Positions 1 to 12,743 of a DNA stretch of 64,000 nucleotides are shown here, in pieces (positions within the stretch are counted from its first letter, which is position 1; each line of letters begins with the position of its first letter). A program made the translations under genes and the position numbers. The notes beneath the pieces are model-generated. The model was not told the origin of the DNA, ran no database searches, and saw only the letters and a list, made by a program, of their open reading frames with translations. Source of the DNA: Hypanus sabinus (Eukaryota); contig NC_082727.1 in the NCBI RefSeq assembly GCF_030144855.1, forward strand, positions 20,460,001 through 20,524,000. Reading direction: 5' to 3'.

Positions 1-253
1 AGCCCACCCCCTCCCCAGTCCCACTAGTCCAGGATGCATTCTGTCTCGGAGTTCCTGGCAAACAATGATTGATGTTTCGGTTTCGAAGCCGACTCTGAAT
101 CCTCCTGCAAAATAACACCAGCCTCCCGGCTGCCGCTTCGCCCGCTCCGAGGAGCCGCAGAACTGAGGCGAATTTTATTTGTTTGGGAGATCGGGGGAGC
201 GGGTATCGCGCCTGGGAAACGCCACGGTTACCGGGCAACCCCTCTGAGCAGGG

Positions 254-701
254 ATGGATCCACTGGGCGGACCGCATCCACACTCTCAGCACGAACCCAT
301 CAGTTTTGGAATAGACCAGATCTTGAACAATCCGGATCAAGGAAGTTGCATGATTCCGAATTCGCGGCTCCAGGATGTGGACTACGGACTAGGATGCATG
401 GTCAGCGGGAGTTACAACAACGTACCGGTAAACTACGCCAACAACGGCGGCGGCGGCTACAACGGTGCCTGCAGCTTGTCCTCGCTGGCCAGTCCGTACG
501 GCGTCAACCTGGGCATGAACAGCAACGGCTTGAACCCAGCGGGTGTCATCAGGGTGCCTGCCCATCGGCCCGTGACCACCGGCGTTCACCAGCCCATGAG
601 CACGGGTGGCGCGCCTGGCCCAGCCGCCAACAATGCCCTGGGCAACATGACATTCCCGTGGATGGAGAGTAACAGGAGGTACACGAAGGACAGGTTCACA
701 G
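254..701 (+). CDS. TLX1: T-cell leukemia homeobox 1 (HOX11), coding exon 1
   Basis: Encodes eh1/TN motif EPISFGIDQIL, GVIRVPAHRP and the PBX-binding FPWMES motif. SRLQDxxYGLGC and NRRYTKDRFT match TLX1 rather than TLX3. Donor ACAG|GTAAGG, phase 1. Confidence 0.97.
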
Positions 702-2792
702 GTAAGGGGGAACGGGGACGGTGAGTTAAGACCACTAAACCCACAACAGCACCATCCCCTTCTATTTAATCACTCGCAATTCCAACCCCTTCTCCATCGT
801 CAGAGTCCGGGAGCAATCCTTATTTCCTAACCTTCCTTGTTTGTTCTCTGAAATTATCAACGCGGGCACCGGGGCGGCATTTCCGCCAGGAATCGTCTTT
901 AGGATATTTTGGCAATGACGGTCAGGATTTATATCAATAGAATGTGATTTCTTTTTAATTAAAAAGAGATAGAACCAACCAATTTAAATTAAAAACTGAT
1001 TGGAATCGGTAAAACCAAGGGACAAAGATGATCTGATAATTATCCACAAACTCCCGCCTTCCAAACATTTAACACAATTAAAGAACTGACTGACCTGTAT
1101 TAAAGCAGGTCCGGAGTATCGACTAAACATCCCTCCATAATTCACGAAGACTTTATCTAAAACCCGAACGAATTAGTCCCCTTCGGAGCGACTGGGGTTG
1201 TTTGAAGTCCAGTATTTGTTTGGATTTTCTTTTTACTGATTAAGTTCACTCAGTAAAGATTTGTCCAAAAACTACTTCCAGAATTAATTCTTCAGTGAAA
1301 CCACTTATCTGCAAATATGGAGGTCTGAGAAGTTAAAATAATTATTACATTTGGTAATGATTTATTATTGTCACATGTAGCGAGACACGGTGAAAAGCTG
1401 GAGGCGAAATCGTAATTCAATATAAAACTGAATCGATTATCTACAAATTAATGTTAGCTTGTAAAATTCAAATACATCTCATACACGTTTTATTTTATGA
1501 AACTATAACGTACTTAAATGCATCCATAAAAATCTTCTTGTTTAATCACACATTAATGCTAAAAGTGTGTGATTTAATCACTGGATTTAAATGTAATAAT
1601 CTGTCGGGATAAATTGTGTTTTAAAACTGATAGTTAAAAACAGCACATAACACTAGTTCAGTGTCGTATGTTTATTAAACGAAACCTGTTTTAAAGACAA
1701 TGATTTTATAATTCAGTTTTTTTTTACAACGTGGATTTTGAAAGTGGGGAGTTATCAGTGTGGCCTTTTTATGAGACTGTACACAGGCCTCTCCGATGCC
1801 CCGGCTCGGCCTCTCTCGCCGCGCAACTCCCCGAATTTCTGCCGCTGCATTACCGAGAGAAGGCTGCGGATCCTTGGGCAGTTTCGCCGCTTCTGCTCGA
1901 GGATCCCACGGCACATTCGTCGTCCCCGGGCCGGGCCGGGCCGGGCCGGGCTGCCGCGCTGAAATGCGGGAGACGGGTGAAATATATTTTACTTAAAGAC
2001 TGTGATATTTCCCAATGGGTTTTAATAGAATATAAAAAGGGCTTCTTCCCCCTTCCTCGCCCACCCTGTCAAACAGCCCCGGGGTGCAGGGAGCCGAGGG
2101 CCGAGGGTGTACCGGTGCGGCAACAGGCCCGAAGTCTCCGCCTTGTAACTTTGTCTCAAACCTTTTCCCTCCAACCCACACTGCCTTTCTTTTCTCTCCA
2201 TTTCTCCTTCACGTCGCTTGTTCTTTACTGACCTGTAATCCCATATGTTTCATCAATTTCCCCACTCCTACTCGATCCCTCCCGAAACCTTTCCCGTTTT
2301 CGGCGTATTTAATTTTCTTACACTCGCTTTTGATAGATTGTGCCTACACCTATCTACCCCGTACCATTCTCTCTCTGTCCCCCAACACTCGCACTTCATC
2401 CGTCCCTCATTTTCTCTCTCCTTCCTCTCTCTTTGTATTTCTGTGCCCCCGCCCTTTTGTCCAACACCTCCCCATCCCCTTCACACTAACACTGACCCTT
2501 GAGTATTTATGGATAGTTTTGAGCCCAACAATTTGACATTTATTCATATCGAAGGGCGAAGGACCCTCACATTAAACACACGAAGAATGAATCAGGACGG
2601 CCAAGGAGGAAGGTATCTGCAGCCGGGTTGGTCTGTGAAATCATTAGTCCGTGATTTAAGTTCATTTTAAAGTGAAATATGGTGACTCATTGCCCCGCAG
2701 GACTGGGTGGCCATGCGCCCCAATGGCCGGGGATTCGCGACTCTGTCCGGGCTCCGAGATTCTCCTCATCACCCGCCCGTCCTCTTTTTCAG

Positions 2793-3030
2793 TGGCCCTC
2801 TCGCCATTCACCGTGACCCGGAGGATAGGGCACCCGTACCAAAACCGCACTCCGCCGAAGAAAAAGAAACCGCGGACCTCGTTCACGCGCCTCCAGATCT
2901 GCGAGCTGGAAAAGCGCTTTCATCGCCAGAAGTACCTGGCGTCGGCCGAGAGGGCAGCGCTGGCCAAGGCCCTGAAAATGACCGACGCTCAAGTGAAAAC
3001 CTGGTTTCAGAACAGGCGGACCAAGTGGAG
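2793..3030 (+). CDS. TLX1: TLX1 coding exon 2 (homeodomain)
   Basis: Acceptor cctctttttcAG at 2791-2792. Encodes [43 protein letters not shown]...[12 protein letters not shown]. Donor GGAG|GTAAGG; phases consistent with exons 1 and 3. Confidence 0.97.
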
Positions 3031-3649
3031 GTAAGGGCCGGGCTGGGACGAGACACAGGCCAAATCCCTGGGCTGAGAACTGTAGCCTTCCTTCTCCCTG
3101 CCTCGCCATTCCCCCGCCGGCCTCTTTCCCTCCTCAACCCTCACAGTAGCAAACGCGCCGACCAAGTGACTGATGGAAGTGAAGGGGGTCAGTCTGTATT
3201 TTGTCACAAAGGTTCTTAAAAAATCAGCATCTAAATGGGGTTGCGGGACCCGGCAACTGTGGCCGGCGATTGAACAGAATGGTGGTAACATCACTGCAGA
3301 ACTCCTTTCTACAGAAGCTGAAAAAGTTGTGTCAAACTTTCAGAACTTAGTTGGGCAATAGGGAACATTTTACACCGTCCTAAATACACTGGGATTAAGA
3401 GCAAGAGGAGGCCGCTCGGCTCTTCGAGGCTGATTTGCCATTTCATAGATTCATGGAACTCCACTGTCTCATCTATCCCAGAAACTCTTCCTCCCTCGCC
3501 TACACTCCCCCCCCACCCCCAGCCTTGGAAAGATGTAAGCTCTTTACTTCGATTGTCCTTTGAGGAAGACTGTCTTCTGGGCCGGGGTGGGGAGGTGGGA
3601 ACTGATAAATCGTCTAACCCCTGTTTAAATGGACGATAAACTCAAGAGA

Positions 3650-3827
3650 TCCTGCAGATGCTGGAAATTCATCCAGAGCAACACGCGCACAAAAGTGCTG
3701 GTGGAACTCAGCAGGTCAGGTAGTATCTATGGAAAAGAGTCTACAATCGACGTTTTGGGTCGAGTGCTGATGAAAGATCTCGGCGCGAAACGTCGACTGT
3801 TTATTCATTTCTGTGGATGCTGCCTGG
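3650..3827. mobile_element. Fold-back short element related to the Penelope-like 3' tail; carries a hammerhead-like core
   Basis: Contains ctgcagatgctggaaat...gctggtggaactcagcaggtcagg and CTGATGA..GAAACGTCGACTG; same sequence family as the tail at 60085-60215. Confidence 0.7.
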
Positions 3828-6800
3828 ACGATAAATTATATTTAAATTTTAACGTGGATAGGAAGCGGGAATGCGGAGCTGGAACTGGCTTTCTTTTATC
3901 AAGTGAAAAGATTTGGTAAAAAGGGTTAACATAAATAAATCGAACGGACATTCAGGACAAGCCTATTCACGCTGAAAGTGGGGCCAACGAGGAACTCGCT
4001 CTGACGGAGAAGAAAGGCGAGGGTTAAAGGAAAGCAGGAATAACAGAGGAACGGAGGAGAAATTAAAAGTGGCCGGAGAAAGGAAGGGTGGCGTGGGAAT
4101 AAACCTCTATAGGGGCGGCTGATCGAAATCACCGGTTCCCCTTCATTCCTGGTAATAATGCTTTATCTCATTTGCTCGTTTGAGTTTAGTAACCAAGATC
4201 AAGTACGTACAGGCCGGTGAAACCTTTTCCCCGCCAGTTTCCTGCCACCCTCATCGGGCCTTAAATAAAACAGGCTGACCTGCACAATTTAACGTTTATT
4301 TATTAATTATTTCGATCGTAATTGACTTGGGTAATTGTTGCTGGTGGAAATGGACGTTTTCTTATTCAAACCAGCCGAAACCAATTACTGAAAAAAGAAA
4401 ATTTAAAAATGTTGAAAAGGCGGAAGAGTTTCAGAAGGGAATTATCCTGGGCGGCTTTTACCTCCTCCGCTGTCTAACAACCTTACTCCGCCTTCTTCGG
4501 TGAAAGGCCGTGATCCGTGTTGAATTCCGCTCTGGTAAGACAAAGAGAAACTCTGTTAGATTTCCTGTGAATAAACACTGATCGGCTTCCCGATTCCGGG
4601 ATGAACTAGTCCGACCTGACCCGATTCCTGCCTGCACTCCTGCACAGAGATCGGGGGAAGCGGGAGAAGCGTCCTGTATCCTTGGCCCATGCCTCCGGAG
4701 CCGCAGGCTTTGTGCTAAGATCGGACTCCAGCGAGCGAGCAGGAGATTTCTCGGTGAACGGGAAACGGGGGGGGGGGGGCTGGAGCCCCACGGCCAGGAG
4801 GAAGGTGGAAGAGTGGAGGGGAGTGAAGGGGGTGAATGGGGGAAGGCGGATGAAAGAAGGAAAGGTGAGGGGAAGAAGGAGGCCGAGGGAGCGTAGGTGT
4901 TCTTAATATTGAGTTGGTTTCCCGGGTGAGAGTCCTGGGACACAAAGTTACAGAACTGGAGATGTGCGTGGCGAGTATAGACTGCAGGAAAGTTTTCAGA
5001 TATCAGCAAACAGATTTGATTAAAAAAAAACAAAAATATCGCAGTAACCCCTTTTGCCCGTCCCAAACCCACCTCCCTTACTCTTAGACCTGCCACCATC
5101 TAGCCCCCCCCCCCCCCACACCACCACAACTGGGCTGAGTTCCATCTTCCCCCTGCTCCGTCCTATACGGATGGACTCCTGATTCCCGTTCGTCCTGTTC
5201 TGGTGATTCCTGGTTATCAATTCCCGCCAAATGGAAGCATCTCCCCGAATCCATTCGCCGTGGTGTAATTTTGAAAACACCTGTCCCTCGAAGAGGTTCC
5301 GGCCCGTCTCGCCTCCAGGAGATCTCTATATACCTATCATGAGCACGCCACGATATGGACACCAAGTTTCCCAGTGCGGTCCAGCCCCCCACCCCCACCA
5401 CCCGATGATTCCTGGAGTTTATCAGCATCATCAAAACACTGCAGATGCTGGACCCCGGAATCAAGACAGACTCAGTGGGTCTGGCCCGATGAAAAGTGGA
5501 GACCGCTTCTCTCTTCGGGGACGCTTTCCAATTCACCAGGCATTTCCATCATTGTTTCAGGTGGAAATGGTTTCATGCTGCTAGCGGTGTTCGTTCCCGC
5601 GTCCTCATCTCCTCGCCCCATTCACACTCTGATCTTCAATGCCTGTCGCCTCGGTGGTCAGTCCTGAAGTTAATTAGCCCACCCCCACCGCCAATGCCCC
5701 TTCAATCGCTTCCTCTTGTGACACAACCAGATCGGCAGAGATTTCATTCCTCCACCCCTGCATTCAGACATTCATAGCCGGACCACTGGGATTTCGTGCA
5801 CGTTCCTTCTCCACCCACCCACACCAGCCCACTACCCCGGCTGTCGGCCTGGACAGTGACTGCTCCCCCGACAGTCAGGTGATTGAGAACTGGGAGCGAG
5901 AGGTCCAGAGTTCGCAGAAGAAATATTAAATACTCCTCCTTCGTTACGGATTTCGTTCTCCCAATTCATCCCCACCCAAACCGCTTGCACCCTCACCTTC
6001 TCCCTCCTTCCCACACCCTCTGTCACCTCTCTTTCTCCCACTCACCCCATTTCTCTCTCTCCCCCTCTCTCTTCCTCCGTCTCTCTACCTCTCCTTTCTC
6101 GATTTTCTCTCTCGCACTAACGCACACAACTTGTCCCAGTTTTTGAACTGAAAAAAAAAACTGCGTGATATAATGATGAGGCGAACCAATTTCCAGGAAC
6201 AATTCTCCCCGCTAGCCGCTCTCGGTCTCCCCTCTCTCCACCGCCCCATTCAAAACTCTGTCCCTGTCTTAGTTCTCTTTTTCTTTACATTATCTCATCT
6301 TTTCCCTTTCTGCTTCTCGCCCCTTTTATGTTTCAATTTCCCCCACCATCCTATTTCTCTGCCCCACCACTTCCTCTACCCTTCTGCCTCCCCCCCCCCC
6401 CCCCCGCTGCCGCCCCGTTTTTGAGGCCTAGTTTTGCGGCACCTGCGTGTGACCGGGCCGGGCGGCCGTTTAAAGTGCAATTGTTTCGGTGGGTCACGGA
6501 AATCAGGTCAGGCCAGGTTGTAAATTCTCACCGCGTACTCATAGCTGCGATTCCGGGTGAGGACGATGCCTCTCGCTGGCGGGCAGACATGGACCGCTCC
6601 CGATCACAATCCGAAATTCAAAACGCATTTGCCGGGTCTGCATGTGGCACCAGATGCGAACAGTCAATAAAAAGGAGAACTGACATATGGTCTTCGGTGA
6701 AAGCGAGGGTTAGGTTGGTGGGGGGGGGGGTGGTGTGGTTGGGAACCCCGATAAACCCCAGCAAGATGGCAGGAATGGAAAGGTCAGGTTGGAAAGTGCG

Positions 6801-7794
6801 GGTCTGGACGGTGGGTAGGATCAAAGGGACGCCAGCGAGGGCAGGTTGTACCCGAGGCAGCAAAGCCTTTTCCTTAAAACAAACATTTGGGGTTGTTTAT
6901 AGGGAGATGGGCCCGAAAACAAGAATGGAATGCTCCTCACTTGGACAGAGCGTTGTTAGGGGGCAGAGAGCGTGCGCTCTGGTTGTCCTGTTACGGAAAG
7001 GTGTCCGTGGACAGAAGGCAGCGGAAGTCTGCGAGGAATGCGCAAGAAGTGCAGAGTCGTTGACACCAGGGAAAGCCTGAAGCGACGGGCAAACCTTTCA
7101 CTTGAGAGAAGAAGGGAGAGGGGGTCCGTGTACATCTGTGAAGGTTCTAACGGAGCAGAGAGTGCGCCTCCGCTGGTGGGACGAGGGAAACAGAGACCGT
7201 CGGTGTCAGCGAGGGAAATCCACAGGAACCCCTTTCCCTAGGGGGCGGTGGGAGTGTGGAGCGGTGGGGAGCGTCGATGAGTGTTCGAGCGGGAAGGGAG
7301 CGAGCAGAGGAAAGAACGGAATCGCAGAACGGAAACGGACCATTCGGCCCATCTAGTCCGTGCTGAACTATTGTTCTGCCTAGTCCCATTGACCCAGTCT
7401 TGGGCCGTGATCCTACATATCCCTCCCATCCATTTACCTATTTAAGCTTCTCTTAAGCGTTGAAATCGAACCCTCATCCAGCATTTCTGCTCGTTCACAC
7501 TGAGAATGGAGGAAATGGAGGGGTGGGGTTGGGGGATGTGGAGCCTCCAGGTGGAAAGTAAACACTAGCAGGGACTGGTTCGGCAGAGTGGCTTATTTCG
7601 GTACCATCCACCCCGTGATATCTCGTATAACGTGTGCTAATAATCCCGAGTAATGTGCTTCCCGCCGATATAATCCTGCATCGCGCATTTTACGGTGATT
7701 TTACCCAGATTTTACGGTGTTTAGCGGAATGATTCCCGAGATGAGGCTCCTCAGCTTTGAGGAAGTTTGGATTTATTTTCCTGGAAGCAAGGAT

Positions 7795-8105
7795 CGTACA
7801 GGGAATGTCGTTAGGGTATCAGGGGACTGTAGTTGGGGATCTGGGAATGTTAGAGGAACAGGGAACGTCGTTAGGGAATCCGGAAATGTTCTTAGGGGAA
7901 GATGGGATGTCGTTAGAGAACAGCGGGTGCCGTTGGTGAAACAAGGAATGTCATTAGTGGACAGGGAATGTCGTTAAGGAATCTGGGAATGTTTGGGGGA
8001 AAGGGGAATGTCGTTAAGGAATCTGGGAATGTTTGGGGGAAAGGGGATGTCGTTAGGCGACAGGGAATATCGTTAGTGGATCAGGAAATGTCGTTAAGGG
8101 ATCTG
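7795..8105. repeat. Degenerate minisatellite, ~20-bp unit (GGAATGTCGTTAGGGAxxxx)
   Basis: About 15 recurrences of ggaatgtcgtta or variants, including a near-exact ~39-bp duplication. Confidence 0.85.
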
Positions 8106-8140
8106 AGCGAGGGGTTTCGAGTCACGAGCGGTTTAGACAG

Positions 8141-8312
8141 AGCAACACACACAAAATGCTGGAGGAACTCAGCAGGCCAGACAGCATCTACGGGGAAAAA
8201 AAGTCCGAAACGTCGACTGTACTTTGTTCCCACGGAATCTGCCTGGCCTCCTGAGTTTTTCCAGCAATATGTGTGCGTTGCTTAGATTTGCAGCATCTGC
8301 AGATTTTCTCTT
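8141..8312. mobile_element. Fold-back short element related to the Penelope-like tail
   Basis: agcaacacacacaaaatgctggaggaactcagcaggccag followed by an imperfect inverted copy ending tgtgtgcgttgct. Confidence 0.75.
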
Positions 8313-11031
8313 GTTTGTGTGGAGAGCTGACGATTCCCATTGGTAGAGGGTTCAGAAGCAGTCGGCACGGTATAAAGGTGCCACAACCAAACGTGGAGGG
8401 AGCATTTCGTTTTAACACAGAATGTTTCAAGCCTGGGACCTCCTGCCACAGTTGGAAGGGGCTGATATGCTTCTTTATAGGGTTTAAATTGAACTTGAAT
8501 GAGTATCTTCATATTATCATAGAGTAATACAGCACGGAAACAGGTCATTCGGCCCACTTGGTCCATGCTAGACACAGCATCCTTCTTGCTAGGACCAGTT
8601 ACCCACATTCGCCCCATAACCCTCTCAGTCCTTTCCCTCCAACGACCTATCTCAATGCTTGCGATTAAAATTGTAACCTTAAATGTTACGATTTATCCAC
8701 CTCGACCACCTCCTCTGGCAGCTCATTACCCTCTGGGAGGGAAAATGCGTGGCTCTGGGGAGAGGGGCGTGGCGTCACTGGGGTTTTAACAACGCTGGGG
8801 TCGCTTCGGCCGATCACATTTAAACAGCATCCGGCCACGCACCTTTGGAGCTGTGATCCGCAGTTCCACATTTCAGGGACAAAGGGCGGGAGTGCACGCT
8901 CCAGATGAGTGACCGCCCCGCTGCTGTAATCGTTCTATGATCCTGATGGGGTGGTTGTCTACGACAGTCCGGAACCCAGAGGAGCGCAGAATTGGATTCA
9001 GACTATTCCTATCAGATTCCTTCTTCTTCAGCCTTTTGCCTATCACCACCCAGCTTCTTACTTCACCCCCCTTCCACCTGCTCCCTCAACTGGTCTCTTC
9101 TATCACCTACCAGCTTGTACTCCTCCCCCTCCCCTCTCTCTCTCCTATTCTGGTTTATTCCCCCTTCCTTTCCGGTTCCGAAAAAGGATCTGCACACAAA
9201 ATCTCGACTGTTTATTCCCCTCCATAGATGCTGTCTGACCCGCTGAGTTTCTTCTGAGTAGTGTGTGTGTGTGTGTGTGTCCTACTCTGGATTTCCAGCA
9301 TCTGCAGCATCTCTTTTTTTATGTTTCACATCCGAGATTTGGAAAGGAAGGCAGGAAATTGGCGCTGGGAGAAGTGAGCACTGGCCCGTGATCCATCAGC
9401 GCCGCTGGGTGCAGGGGCGTCCAGCGGGGGAAAGGATAAGCCAGCGTCTTTACAGATGAGCAACATACAATCTGCTGGAGAAACCCAGCGAATCGAGCAG
9501 CGTATGAGGGAGGACCAGAAACGTCGACGATTTCTTTCTTCCCGCTGAGTTCATCCAGCAGATTTTTTGTTGCTGAATCTCAAGAGATTGTGTAGATTGT
9601 CGCTCAAGGTTCCAGCGCGGCAGTTTCTGGAGACTCTCCCGAACAGAGTCAGAATCAGGTTTAATATCACCGGCGTACGTCGTGAAATTTGTTCTGCGGC
9701 AGCAGTACATTGCAACACATAAAAAGCTACAAGTTAAATCATCTAGATATATAATTAAATTAGTCCAAAAGGGAGCAAAAGAAAGGGGAGAGTTAGTTGT
9801 TCATTCAGAAATCTGATTGCGGAGAAGCTAAACCGTTGCGTATTCAGACTCCCTGTAACTCCTCCTGGATAGTAGCAATGAGAAAAAATGAGAAAAGGTC
9901 ATGGGGGGGGGGCGCCTTTTCGAGGCATCGCCTTTTGAAGATGTCCTCGATGCTGGGGAGGTTAGTGCCAGTGATGGAGCTGGCTGTTTACCCTGTTGGC
10001 CTTTAATTTATTCGTCCGGATCCATCCGGTCATTAGCAGGACGTATCCGAGGCATTTGGCCTGGTAATCAGGGCTGACGTGATGGGCCGAAGAGCCTGCT
10101 CCTGGGCTCTATTGCTGACTGGCCTGTCTCCAGTTCCTCATCCGTGAGCCATCTTGAGCTACAGTCTATTAGTATCGCGGACGTAAATACTGCTGATTCC
10201 AGGTTATCAACTAATTTACATTCCCTGATTGGGGTTGAGATTTCGCTGGTGGCCGCGAGTGTTCTGCTTCCCCACACACACCCAGTGTGCCGGTGAGAAT
10301 TGCTCGGTATTTCTGCCGTGCCGTTTTCCAACCGGGAGGATCTGTGACACATGGTGGGTGGCAAAGACTGAAGACTACAGTATGAATTTGGAAAAAAAAG
10401 TTTCGCAGAAATGAAAGCTGCGGGTTCGTGGCAAAGGGCGACTATTGGTTGGATATTGCGAGAGAATATAGAGCGTGCTTCCTCTGTTTGGTGGCTGTGA
10501 CCTGGGGCTCTTTCTTTGATTGGCGGACTCTGAGCGGGAGGTGGGGATTAGGTGGGACTATCTCCTTTGATTGGCTCCTCTTCTGGAAACTCCCTATGAA
10601 CCAAATCGACTAATAAGTAGAAGCATAAAGTTGGACACCGACGACTGTGGGAGGGGGTGGGGCAATGTGAACGGGATAAATGAACAGCCCTTGGTGAACT
10701 GCAGTTCGCCTGGGGCGACAACCGCGCTGATGCTGAGAAAGAGCAAGTTTTCTGTCCATTGACGGGCGCGTGAAGAGCGACGGTGAAAATTCCTAATGCA
10801 GACCCGAAGTGAGGTGGCCATGGCTACTTGTGAGAGGGAACGCTGACCGCGAGAGTTTCTGTCCCTCTGTGTATCGGAGTCACCTCCCAGCACAATATCT
10901 CTGATCAGTCGTGTGAAAGGCCCCTCTGCCCCCCTCCCCTGAGTCAGTAGTTCAAAGGGTCTAAGCAGAAGTTGGTGTGTCGAGACACACGTGTGCAGTG
11001 AAATTCCTTGCTCCTGTGAAGCTCACAGAGT

Positions 11032-11253
11032 AAATCGTGTGCACGATAATAGACACAACAATAAACACCGCGAAATCGTGTGCACGATAATAGACACAAC
11101 AATAAACACCGCGAAATCGTGTGCACGGTAATAGACACAACAATAAACACCGCGAAATCGTGTGCACGATAATAGACACAACAATAAACACCGCGAAATC
11201 GTGTGCACGGTAATAGACACAACAATAAATACCGCGAAATCGTGTGCACGGTA
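11032..11253. repeat. Tandem repeat, 41-bp unit x ~5.4
   Basis: AAATCGTGTGCACGRTAATAGACACAACAATAAAYACCGCG starting at 11032, 11073, 11114, 11155, 11196 and partial at 11237; no unique spacers. Confidence 0.95.
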
Positions 11254-11498
11254 TGATGCGCTATCTAAGAGACTGGAAGTAGAGTACAAAATGATAGGCT
11301 TGAATTAACAGCGAAAACGGGCACAACCATGTTGAAGACTGTGGGAGGAGCAGTGCCCCAATCACCTTTATCCAGGGGTCTGTGGGAGGAGCCACAGGAG
11401 CAGTCAGCAGAGGGGCGTGTCCACAGGGGTCTGTGGGAGGAGCCACAGGAACAGTCGGCAGAGGGACGTGTCCGGACAGGCATACATGGTTTACCACA
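11254..11498 (-). mobile_element. Solo LTR (245 bp) with 5-bp target-site duplication
   Basis: TG...CA termini; CGGTA on both flanks (11249-11253, 11499-11503); TATA-like and degenerate polyA-like motifs on the minus strand; internal ~50-bp duplication. Confidence 0.85.
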
Positions 11499-12520
11499 CG
11501 GTAACAATAGACACAACAATAAACACCGCGACAGCGTATAAACAGCAAACAGTGCAGACATTGTAATGCTGTTTAAAATAGTGCAAAGTACCGAAAGGGA
11601 GACAGAGAACGTGACCTCATCACCGGGAAGGGGGTGTGAAAGTGACAAACTGTTCTAATGCGAAGTTTCGCAGTCAATTCCTTTCTTCCCCCCCCCCCCC
11701 ACACCCCAACACTGCTCGACCCGCTGAGTTCCTCCAGCAGACTGTTGGTCCACCATGGGCTGTCTCTGTCGTCTTCTTGTGAAACACAGCATTGCCTCGA
11801 GGGTCTGGTAGGAGTGGGAAAAAGCCGCTGCATAGGATGTTTCCATCAGAAGGCACAGTCTCAGAATAAACGGTGAGGAGAAACGAGGAGGAATTTCTTT
11901 ATGGGATACAATAGGGTATTTAAGAGACTCTTAGATTGGTACGTGGAGCTTAAAAAAATAGAGGGCTAAAGCCGTAAGGTAATTCTAGGCAGTTTCTAGA
12001 ATAGGTTACATGGTCGGCACAACATTGTGGGCCGAAGGGCCTGTAATGAGCTGTAGATTTCTATGTCCGAGTCATCGGGGTGCATTTTAGATAGAGGTTG
12101 ATGTGTTCTTGATTGATACGAAGGGTAAGGGTTACCAGGGAAAATGGAATTGAAAAAAAATCGGCCGCGATTGAAGAGCGGAAGGGACTCAATGGGCTGA
12201 ATGGCCCAATTCTCTCCCTATATCTTACGATAACGCCATTCATTCAGTGCCCGTCAACGAATCTCGGAGTGGTATACGAATATGTACTTTAACAATACAT
12301 TTATTTTGAACTTTGAATAGTTATTGCCCACTCCTGTCCGCTGAGCCCCCCACTTCCAGTCCTTGTGGGGAAGGTTTGTTGGGAGTAGAGACCTAGTCAC
12401 ACCCTCCCCTCACCCTTCTCCCTACCCCTTCCTCCCCCCACCCCAAGGCCGGCGCCAGGTCAGGTTGATTGACAGAGTCTGTCTCTTTCTGTTTCGGTTG
12501 CTGGTTGCTCCTGGGTGAAG

Positions 12521-12743
12521 GCGGCAGACGGCGGAGGAGAGAGAGGCAGAGCGGCAACAGGCCAACCGCATCCTGATGCAGCTCCAGCAAGAGGCCTTTC
12601 AGAAGTCGCTGACCCAGCCCATCCAGCCCGACCCCATCTGCCTGCACAACGCCTCCCTGTTCGCGCTACAGAACCTGACGCCCTGGTCGGACGACAACAG
12701 TAAGATCGCCTCCGTCACCTCTGTGGCTGCATCCTGCGAATAG
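12521..12743 (+). CDS. TLX1: TLX1 coding exon 3 (C-terminus, stop TAG)
   Basis: Not in the ORF track in this frame. Manual translation after AG at 12519-12520 gives [73 protein letters not shown]. Total CDS 909 nt = 302 aa. Confidence 0.96.

Noticed and set aside
34-98. Two short uORFs joined by TGATG upstream of TLX1
   Set aside because: The TSS is unknown and short ORFs of this size are common by chance.
6328-7080. 250-aa ORF in TLX1 intron 2
   Set aside because: No recognisable domain, crosses homopolymer runs, and is expected by chance in GC-rich sequence.
11032-11253. CRISPR-like array
   Set aside because: Units are contiguous with no unique spacers, there are no cas genes, and the context is a vertebrate intron.
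254-12743. Assignment to TLX3 or TLX2
   Set aside because: N- and C-terminal residues (RLQDxxYGLGC, NRRYTKDRFT, TRLQICE, PWSDD..SCE) match TLX1.
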